Positions 1 to 7,104 of a stretch of DNA of 13,059 nt are shown piece after piece. The stretch's first letter is position 1; every line of letters starts with the position of its first letter. Source of the DNA: Campylobacterota bacterium (GTDB lineage Bacteria > Campylobacterota > Campylobacteria > Campylobacterales > Sulfurimonadaceae). The stretch spans positions 1-13,059 of the forward strand of contig JAYEMF010000098.1 of the NCBI GenBank assembly GCA_034717975.1, written 5' to 3'. The notes beneath the pieces were generated by a model. The model was not told the origin of the DNA and ran no database searches. It worked only from the letters and a program-made list of their open reading frames with translations. The position numbers and the translations under genes were made by a program.

Positions 1-1005
1 CCGGACGACCACAACTTCTTCCAGAGTAAACTGGTCTATCAGGTCCCTCTCTACACCGGCGGGCAGATCAGCGGCTATACCGAGATCTCCCGTGCCATGG
101 AGAAGATGAAACAGCTTGACAAGGCAGATGTGCTCAGTGAAAAGGTCTATCAGACACGCAAAAGCTACTACGATATGGCTCTTTTAGAGAGTTCACTGGC
201 CAATCTGAAAACAATTCTTGCCAACATCATAACACTTGAAGACATGATCGACACCATGATTGCCGAGGGGTATGCCAAAGAGGTTGACCTGCTTGAGATC
301 AAAGCCAAAAAGGCCAATGTCATCCGTCTGGTCAATCAGATGACATCCAACCAGAAACTTCTCTATCACTTTTTGAGTTTTCTTCTCGATCAGGAAGTCA
401 AACAGATCACTCTGCCCGCTTCGGAAGTGCCAATGGTTGCACTCGATAACGTGACTATCTTAAAACGCAACCTCGATATCCAAAAAGCTGAGACCGGCAT
501 GAAGATCCGCCGCGAAATGGTAAATGTCTCTGAAGCCGGCTACCTTCCCGAAGTTGGCGCTTTTGGTGAGTTTGGCACGGCAGACGACACCTTCTTGGGT
601 GATGCGAGTGATCATAAAGCCTATACTGTCGGGGCACAGCTCACCTGGAACCTTTTCAGCGGCGGGACTGACTCAAGTAAAATCGAGCAGGCAAAAGTTG
701 AAGAGCTGAAAATGAAAACGCAGCTTGATCTCGCTAAAAAAGGGATCGCACTGAGACTTGCCCAGATCCGTACCGAGATCGAAAGCTACAACGGAGAGAT
801 AAGCAGTCTTGAAAGCGAGCTTGAACTTGCCAACAAGATCTATGAGAGCTATGAGACCCGTTACCGGGAAAACCTGGCATCAATGAATGATGTCGTTATC
901 CAGCAATCACTGCAGATTGAAAAAATTCTTGCACTGCAAGTCGTAAAGAACAAACGAAACGAGCGTGTATTTGCGCTTGAAGATTTAGCCAATGGAGCCC
1001 AATAG
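1..1005 (+). CDS. TolC-family outer membrane efflux protein (OMF) of the RND operon; 5'-partial
   Basis: The frame is open from base 1 (PDDHNFFQSKLVYQVPLYTGGQI...), so the ATG at 97 is internal. It has OMF motifs 'VPLYTGG', 'YLPEVGAFG', 'YTVGAQLTWNLFSGG' and coiled-coil helices. The TAG abuts the adaptor ATG at 1006. Confidence 0.92.
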   Translation, partial: PDDHNFFQSKLVYQVPLYTGGQISGYTEISRAMEKMKQLDKADVLSEKVYQTRKSYYDMALLESSLANLKTILANIITLEDMIDTMIAEGYAKEVDLLEIKAKKANVIRLVNQMTSNQKLLYHFLSFLLDQEVKQITLPASEVPMVALDNVTILKRNLDIQKAETGMKIRREMVNVSEAGYLPEVGAFGEFGTADDTFLGDASDHKAYTVGAQLTWNLFSGGTDSSKIEQAKVEELKMKTQLDLAKKGIALRLAQIRTEIESYNGEISSLESELELANKIYESYETRYRENLASMNDVVIQQSLQIEKILALQVVKNKRNERVFALEDLANGAQ

Positions 1006-1797
1006 ATGAAAAAAATCCTACTCACCCTACTCTCGACAGCCGTCGTTCTCCTTGCAGAAGGACTGACCCTGGCCGGTACCGTCATCTCCGATAACGAGAA
1101 GATGATCACCAGCCGTTACATGGGCTTTGTCACGGAAGTCAAAGCCTCTGAAGGAGAACGTGTCAAAAAGGGGCAACTCCTCTATACGATCGACTCCAAA
1201 GAGATCGACTCGGCTATCTCCCGTGTTCAGCTCGGTATCTCCCAGGCGCAGCTGATGCTGCAGATGAATGAGAATCAGCTCAGTAACGTCCTGCTCAACC
1301 TGGCCCGGCACAAACGCCTGTTGAAAAAGAACATGGTCTCCAAATTTGAAGTCGAACAGCTTGAACTGGCAGCAGCCAACCTTCAGGATATGGTCACCAT
1401 CAGCAAAAAGCAGGTCGAGCAGGCCAATGAGCAGCTCAAAGAGGTGAAAAACCAGTATAAGTACCTTCGTATTGTCGCACCGAACAGCGGTGTGATCGTT
1501 GCCAAAAACATCAAAGTCGGTGAGATGGCAATGCCGGGTATGCCGGCATTTGTCCTCTCTGACCTCAATGACCTGAAGATTACTGCCGAAGTAGCCGAAA
1601 ATGATCTTCAATCCTTCAAGTACGGACAAAAAGTCAATGTCCAGATACCTTCTGTCGGACTTGCTGCAGTCGGTAAAGTTTCTGCCATTATCCCAAGTTC
1701 CAACCCGATGACGCACACCTTCCGGATCAAAGTATCATTCAAGCCTGGCAAGCATACTGTCTATCCGGGTATGTATGCGACCATCAATGTCAACTAA
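1006..1797 (+). CDS. RND efflux periplasmic adaptor (membrane fusion protein), short form, 263 aa
   Basis: Signal peptide MKKILLTLLSTAVVLLA. Lipoyl halves 'ITSRYMGFVTEVKASEGERVKKGQLLYTID' and 'IVAPNSGVIVAKNIKVGE' flank an alpha-hairpin. The beta-barrel ends 'YPGMYATINVN'. GGAG lies upstream of the ATG. Confidence 0.93.
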   Translation: MKKILLTLLSTAVVLLAEGLTLAGTVISDNEKMITSRYMGFVTEVKASEGERVKKGQLLYTIDSKEIDSAISRVQLGISQAQLMLQMNENQLSNVLLNLARHKRLLKKNMVSKFEVEQLELAAANLQDMVTISKKQVEQANEQLKEVKNQYKYLRIVAPNSGVIVAKNIKVGEMAMPGMPAFVLSDLNDLKITAEVAENDLQSFKYGQKVNVQIPSVGLAAVGKVSAIIPSSNPMTHTFRIKVSFKPGKHTVYPGMYATINVN

Positions 1798-1806
1798 AGG
1801 CTGCTA

Positions 1807-3399
1807 ATGGAGACAAACAACAGTTCCTATCAACCCAAAGATTATGCCGGGAAGATCGCCAAAGCCTTTCTTAGAAGCTCGCTAACGCCGGTCCTGGGTG
1901 CATTCCTGCTTGCTATCGGCTACCTCTCCTTGATGGTCATGCCGCGTGAAGAGAACCCGCAGATGGTCGTCAGCGGTTCAACGGTCATCGTCGCCATGCC
2001 GGGGGCTACCGCCAAAGAGATCGAAGAGGTCATCGTCAAACCGCTTGAGCGAAAACTCAAAGAGATCAAAGGGATCGAACACATCTACGGCACTGCTATG
2101 GATAATGTCGGTGTGGTCAATGCTGCCTTCTACATCGGTGAGGAGAAAGCGGATTCAAATCTCAAGATCTACGACAAGATCATGCAGAACATGGATATCT
2201 TTCCAAAGACCATTATGCAGCCTATCATCAAACCGCTCGATATCGATGTTGACATCCCGATCGTCTCAGTCGCCTTCTACTCCAACAACCCGGATATGGA
2301 TGAGACCGAACTTTACGACAAAGCCAAACAGATCCAGCACCATGTCAACGGTCTTGACAATGTTGCTGTTACAGCACTCAAAGGCGGGCATAAACACCAG
2401 TTCAATGTTTTGGTCGACCTGAACAAGCTGACCGGGTACAACCTCTCTCTGGGACAGATCACCCAGTCCATCCAGGCGGTTGCCTACAGTGTACCGGCGG
2501 TTAAAAACCGTACAAAAGAGAATGAGATCGTCATGGTCGGCATCAAAAATGCCATCGACGATAAGCGGGATATTGAAAATATCATCGTCGCACAGTATAT
2601 GGGCTCAGCAATCTATCTGAAAGATATTGCAACCGTTGAAGACTCCTACAATGTACAGAACTTCAAATCAGCCCAGGTCAGCATGCAGACAGAAGACGGC
2701 ACGTTTACACCGCTGCAGGATCAGGTCACGCTCACTATCTCAAAACTCCAGGGGACCAATGCCGTAATTATTGCCGAAGCGGTTAAAGATGAGCTTGAGA
2801 AATATCAGGAGCTTATGGCTGAAAACGGCATCAGTTATGTGATTACCCGAAATGACGGGGAACGGGCCAATGAAGCGGTCAATGAACTGGTCTTCCACCT
2901 CATTCTATCGATCATCATCATTGCCATCTTGCTGATCTTTGTCCTTGGATGGCGTGAATCACTCATCGTTACCTTCAGTGTCCCGGCGATTCTGGCGATC
3001 ACCCTCTTCGTCGCATACATTACCGGTCAGACGATCAACCGGATCACCCTCTTCGCTTTCTTGCTGAGTCTTGGGCTCCTGGTCGATGCGGCGATCATCG
3101 TAATTGAAAATATTCACCGCCACCACCACAGTCCGACTGCGGCCAAGAGAAATGAAGATGAACTGATGATCGAGGCAACCGATGAGATTGGACCACCGAC
3201 CAACATCGCTACGCTGGCTATCATCCTGACCATGGTGCCGATGTCATTTGTCGGAGGCATGATGGGACAGTTTATGAAACCGATCCCGGCCAATGTCCCG
3301 GTCGCCCTGATCGCATCGCTCTTTGTAGCCTATATCTTTACGCCGTACCTGGCAGTCAGACTGCTTAAAAAACCAAAAAACCAAGAAGGAGCGCACTAA
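1807..3399 (+). CDS. RND (AcrB/AcrD/AcrF superfamily) permease, N-terminal half (TM1, periplasmic domain, TM2-6)
   Basis: TM1 followed by 'MPREENPQM', then 'MPGATAKEIEEVIVKPLERKL' and 'IYLKDIATVED'. TM4 is 'LGLLVDAAIIVIENIHR' and TM5-6 is 'MVPMSFVGGMMGQFMKPIP...FTPYL'. AAGG at about 1797-1800 precedes the ATG. Confidence 0.93.
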   Translation: METNNSSYQPKDYAGKIAKAFLRSSLTPVLGAFLLAIGYLSLMVMPREENPQMVVSGSTVIVAMPGATAKEIEEVIVKPLERKLKEIKGIEHIYGTAMDNVGVVNAAFYIGEEKADSNLKIYDKIMQNMDIFPKTIMQPIIKPLDIDVDIPIVSVAFYSNNPDMDETELYDKAKQIQHHVNGLDNVAVTALKGGHKHQFNVLVDLNKLTGYNLSLGQITQSIQAVAYSVPAVKNRTKENEIVMVGIKNAIDDKRDIENIIVAQYMGSAIYLKDIATVEDSYNVQNFKSAQVSMQTEDGTFTPLQDQVTLTISKLQGTNAVIIAEAVKDELEKYQELMAENGISYVITRNDGERANEAVNELVFHLILSIIIIAILLIFVLGWRESLIVTFSVPAILAITLFVAYITGQTINRITLFAFLLSLGLLVDAAIIVIENIHRHHHSPTAAKRNEDELMIEATDEIGPPTNIATLAIILTMVPMSFVGGMMGQFMKPIPANVPVALIASLFVAYIFTPYLAVRLLKKPKNQEGAH

Positions 3400-5075
3400 T
3401 GCTTGACAAGTTTGAAGCAATATTAAAAGCTGGGCTCCAAAGTAAATTAAAAAAACAGCTTGCCCTGTGGGGAACGCTCCTCGCGTTTATCCTCTCGGTC
3501 ATGATGTTCCCGGCTGAGATCGTTCTGGCAAAGATGCTGCCAGGCAAGAACAATGACACCTTCAATATTTATGTCGATCTGGCAGAAGGAAGCTCTATCC
3601 ACCAGACGAAACAGGTGACTGACTGTGTTGTCGGCTTTGTTCAAAAAGAGAAAGAGGTACTCAATACCGAGGTCTTTCTAGGAGAGGGTTCGCCGCTTGA
3701 CTTTGCGGGTCTTATCAAAGGCTCACACTTTAAAAACAGTGAAAATGTGGCTGAAGTCGTACTCAACCTGACTAAAAAGCATGACCGCAGCGAGCCATCG
3801 TACATGATGGTTCAACGTATGCGCCCCCAGATCCAGAGCAGTTGTGAAGCCCTCTACCCCCAGACCAAGATCAAGTTTGTTGAACCGCCGGCAGGACCAC
3901 CGACAATGGCAGCCGTTGTTGCCGAAGTCTATGGCAACAATGCCAAAGGCATCCGCCATCTTGCCGACCGTGTTGAAGCTGTCTTCAAAAAGACCGATGG
4001 ACTGGTAGATATCGATGTGATGCAGGATGCTGTCTATGATAAATTTGAGATCGAGGTCAACACCATCAAGATCGCCAAGTCGGGTCTAAGTATCAAACAG
4101 GTCAACGACATTCTCTATCTTGCCTTTGAGGGGATGGGTGTTGCCGTCAAGAACAGTACTGCCTATAATGATCAGATCGCCATATTTCTGACCCTGAGTG
4201 AAAAGAGCAAGAAGTTCACTAAAAAAGACAAGCGGGCCATCGAGCAGAAGCTTTCAAGTCTCCGCCTGATGAACAAGATGGGAATGATGGTGCCGATCAC
4301 GGAAGTCACCACACTCAATCCGGTCAAGTCCAATCCGATGATCATGACCAAAAATCTGCACCAGATGGCAAATGTCGTAGCCGAGACCGATATGGTCTCT
4401 CAGGTATATCCGCTGATGGATGCCCGCAATATGATCTTAGATGAGTTTACCGATGAGTATGAGATTACGAAAACCGGTCTCTTCAACCTCGAATTCAAAG
4501 AGATCGAGACCGGTCAGTTCTATCAACTGCTCTGGGATGGTGAGATGGAAGTCACACTTGACACTTTTGTTGAGCTGGGTGGCGCATTTATCGCTGCCCT
4601 GGTCCTTATCTTCTTGCTGATGGTCATCTACTATAAAAGTTTTGCCCTGAGTGGGATCGTACTGCTTGGAAGCTTTCTCTCCATCATCGGGGTGATTGTA
4701 GGACACTGGATCATGGACCTCTTTACACCGGATACTTTCTTTTTAACTGCCACTTCCCTGATCGGCTTTATTGCCCTGATCGGAATCAGTTCACGAAACT
4801 CTCTGCTCCTCATTGACTTTACCAAATCATTGATGCTCGATAAAGGGATGAATAAGATCGATGCCCTCGCTCACGCGGCAGCAACTCGCGCCAAACCGAT
4901 CTTTCTAACCGCTGCGGCCATCATTCTGGCATCGACACTGCTGGCATCTGATGCGGTCTTTGGCGGACTGGGTGTCGCCTTGATCTTCGGGACGATTGCA
5001 GCTGTAGTCGCCTCACTCATCATCGTCCCTGTTCTACTTGAGATGAGTGATCTGGACAGACACTTTTCTCTATAA
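3399..5075 (+). CDS. RND permease, C-terminal half (TM7, periplasmic domain, TM8-12)
   Basis: Amphipathic helix plus TM7, then 'MLPGKNNDTFNIYVDLAEG' and 'EPPAGPP'. TM10 is 'IGFIALIGISSRNSLLLIDF', TM11 'RAKPIFLT' and TM12 'GLGVALIFG'. It has its own RBS (AAGGAG, 3386-3391) and a TAATG stop/start overlap. Confidence 0.93.
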   Translation: MLDKFEAILKAGLQSKLKKQLALWGTLLAFILSVMMFPAEIVLAKMLPGKNNDTFNIYVDLAEGSSIHQTKQVTDCVVGFVQKEKEVLNTEVFLGEGSPLDFAGLIKGSHFKNSENVAEVVLNLTKKHDRSEPSYMMVQRMRPQIQSSCEALYPQTKIKFVEPPAGPPTMAAVVAEVYGNNAKGIRHLADRVEAVFKKTDGLVDIDVMQDAVYDKFEIEVNTIKIAKSGLSIKQVNDILYLAFEGMGVAVKNSTAYNDQIAIFLTLSEKSKKFTKKDKRAIEQKLSSLRLMNKMGMMVPITEVTTLNPVKSNPMIMTKNLHQMANVVAETDMVSQVYPLMDARNMILDEFTDEYEITKTGLFNLEFKEIETGQFYQLLWDGEMEVTLDTFVELGGAFIAALVLIFLLMVIYYKSFALSGIVLLGSFLSIIGVIVGHWIMDLFTPDTFFLTATSLIGFIALIGISSRNSLLLIDFTKSLMLDKGMNKIDALAHAAATRAKPIFLTAAAIILASTLLASDAVFGGLGVALIFGTIAAVVASLIIVPVLLEMSDLDRHFSL

Positions 5076-5094
5076 ATCCATCTTTACTAAAATC

Positions 5095-5119
5095 TGATAC
5101 GAAGCACTGCTTTGTATCA
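5095..5119. terminator. Stem-loop downstream of the RND operon (possible weak terminator or mRNA-stabilising hairpin)
   Basis: TGATACGAAGC-ACT-GCTTTGTATCA forms an 11-bp stem with one G-U pair, about 20 nt after the stop. There is no U-tract on the + strand. Confidence 0.45.
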
Positions 5120-5199
5120 CCATCTCCCCTCTTAAGCGCCAAAATTATTACTTTTTGATTATTTTTGACAACATCATTCAAGAATTGGCTCTGTTAATT

Positions 5200-5270
5200 G
5201 CCGTTTTTTATAAAAAATAAGTATAATAATCCACTATTTTAACGCTAAAAATTCAACAACTAAGGTCACA
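5200..5270 (+). promoter_or_regulatory. Putative sigma70 promoter and RBS for the T1SS operon
   Basis: Perfect TATAAT at 5222-5227 with AT-rich tracts upstream and no properly spaced -35, as is typical of Campylobacterota. AAGG at 5262-5265 precedes the TTG start at 5275. Confidence 0.55.
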
Positions 5271-5274
5271 CATT

Positions 5275-7104
5275 TTGAAATCATTCTTATTGATGCTTAT
5301 TACCCCTGCACTTTTTGCATTAACACTGCCGGAGATGGTACAAAACACCCTTGATTCAAATCCAAATATGCAGCGTGAGATCAGCAACTATAAAGCGGTC
5401 CGCTATGACCTTGATAGAGCTGATGCCGGTTATAAACCAACCCTTGATCTCACCGGTGGCATTGGTATGGAACATACAGAGAAAGATTATGATGGTGCCC
5501 AGCCCGATGTTGATGAGGACCTGACCCGTAAAGAGGCAAGAATCGTAGGTACTGAGAACCTCTTTCAAGGTTTCCAGACCAAATATGATGTTATCGAGCA
5601 AGAGGGACGCATCGATGCTTCCCGTTATACATCCATTCAGGAAGCCAATACCCTCGCCCTGCGTGCCTCTGAAGTCTATATTGCTGTTTTGAAGCAAAAA
5701 GCCCTGCTTAACCTGCAAGATGAGAATGTTAAAACCCACGAGCGTATCTATAAAATGATCCGTGAAAAAAATGCTGCCGGACTGGGAAGACGTTCAGATA
5801 TGGAACAGACAGAGGGCCGTCTTGCACTGGCCTATGTCAATTACATCTCTCAGCAGAACAACTACCAGGATGCGATGATCAACTTTGAGCGTATCTATGG
5901 CGAGATGCGCAGTGCCAGCTTGCTTGAAGAGCCGAATGCCCCTGCACTGCCGGCCAATACTCTTGAAGCGTTGGAAAACCTCGCAGAGATCTACAATCCG
6001 ACCATGGCGATCGAAAGAGCCAACATCCAAAGCCGTCAGGCAACCATGGAGAAAAGCCGAAGCACCTACTATCCAAAGATCGATGCCGAACTCTCTGCCG
6101 ACTGGTCAGACGATGTTGACGGGGTTAAGAGTACCGACCAGGGCTATCGTGCCATGCTGCGTCTTTACTATAACCTCTATAACGGCGGCAGTGATGAAGC
6201 CTTACGTCTGCAGAACCTCCAGTACATCACCTCTCAAAAAGAGAGCCTGAACGAGCAGCAGCGCGCCGTCCTTGAAAAACTCAAACTGGCCTGGATGGCA
6301 CATCAGATATTGATGCGTCAGATCCGCTGTCTGAATCTGCATGCCAACCTTTCCAAACAGACCTCTTCCTCATATGCCCAAGAGTATCAGTTGGGCCGAC
6401 GAAGTCTGCTTGATCTGCTTAACGTCGAGCTTGAATTCAACAATGCACGTCAACAGGTCGCAACAGCGGAGAAAGATCTTCTTTTTACACGCTACCGGAT
6501 TTTAGAAGCAGTCGGTCTGCTTCACTATGCACTACAAACTAATGTTGCTGAGAAAGTAGAAGCACCGCTGGGTGAAGAGCTTGCCTTTAACGTCTTGGAA
6601 ATTGAAGACCTCGCTCTGTATGGTGAACTTGATGAGTTCATCGATATCAACTCAGTCTGTTCAGTAGCACACCCTGAAATCGAGCACACCCTTTATGTTG
6701 CCGAAGAGGAGCCTGAGAAAGAGGAGACACTCGTCGTTGAAGAGACATCAACCGGTGCAAAACTGACCATCGAACATGCCCACTTCGCTTTTGGTTCGGC
6801 CGAACTTTCCGAAGCGACAAAAAAACATATTGCCGTTGTTGCAAAAATGGCAGAAGAGAGCCCTGACAAAGTATTGGAGGTCCATGCCTATACTGACAGC
6901 ATAGGTAGTGAACTCTACAATCAGTACCTCTCTGAAAAACGTGCTGAAAATGCCCAAAAAGCATTAATTGAAAATGGAATATCCCAAGAGCGTATTGTTA
7001 TCTATGGCAAAGGGGAGACCAATCCGATAGCTGACAATATGAACAGAGACGGCCGGGCTAAAAACCGCCGGATTGAGTTTTATCTGGAATATCCTAAAAA
7101 CTGA
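5275..7104 (+). CDS. T1SS outer membrane protein, TolC family (LapE/AggA-like), fused to a C-terminal OmpA-like peptidoglycan-binding domain
   Basis: Signal peptide (..PALFA/LTLPEMV). TolC motifs 'AGYKPTLDL', 'ENLFQGF', 'YYPKID', 'YNLYNGG' and 'QYQ/EYQLGRRSLLDLLN' type C-terminal helix (here EYQLGRRSLLDLLN). An acidic linker leads to the OmpA_C motif 'HFAFGSAEL...HAYTDSIGSELYNQYLSEKRA...GKGETNPIADN...GRAKNRRIEF'. TTG start. Confidence 0.93.
   Translation: MKSFLLMLITPALFALTLPEMVQNTLDSNPNMQREISNYKAVRYDLDRADAGYKPTLDLTGGIGMEHTEKDYDGAQPDVDEDLTRKEARIVGTENLFQGFQTKYDVIEQEGRIDASRYTSIQEANTLALRASEVYIAVLKQKALLNLQDENVKTHERIYKMIREKNAAGLGRRSDMEQTEGRLALAYVNYISQQNNYQDAMINFERIYGEMRSASLLEEPNAPALPANTLEALENLAEIYNPTMAIERANIQSRQATMEKSRSTYYPKIDAELSADWSDDVDGVKSTDQGYRAMLRLYYNLYNGGSDEALRLQNLQYITSQKESLNEQQRAVLEKLKLAWMAHQILMRQIRCLNLHANLSKQTSSSYAQEYQLGRRSLLDLLNVELEFNNARQQVATAEKDLLFTRYRILEAVGLLHYALQTNVAEKVEAPLGEELAFNVLEIEDLALYGELDEFIDINSVCSVAHPEIEHTLYVAEEEPEKEETLVVEETSTGAKLTIEHAHFAFGSAELSEATKKHIAVVAKMAEESPDKVLEVHAYTDSIGSELYNQYLSEKRAENAQKALIENGISQERIVIYGKGETNPIADNMNRDGRAKNRRIEFYLEYPKN

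Noticed and set aside
97..99. ATG at 97 as the start of the TolC gene
   Set aside because: The frame is open to base 1 with OMF-like sequence and no signal peptide follows this Met, so the true start is upstream of the window.
1027..1716. 229-aa antisense ORF, and the other short antisense or alternate-frame ORFs in the track
   Set aside because: They lie within well-supported genes, show no recognisable motifs, and are consistent with codon-bias shadow ORFs.
1807..5075. RND permease as a frameshifted pseudogene
   Set aside because: The break is at the inter-repeat linker, with a strong RBS, a TAATG overlap and intact transport residues. A natural split is favoured, though an indel is not formally excluded.
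5165..5170. Perfect TTGACA as a -35 box
   Set aside because: It is 51 nt from the TATAAT at 5222, and no good -10 lies at 16-18 nt spacing.
5185..5202. Sigma54-like TTGGCT...TTGC element
   Set aside because: The GG-to-GC spacing is 11 nt rather than the strictly required 10.
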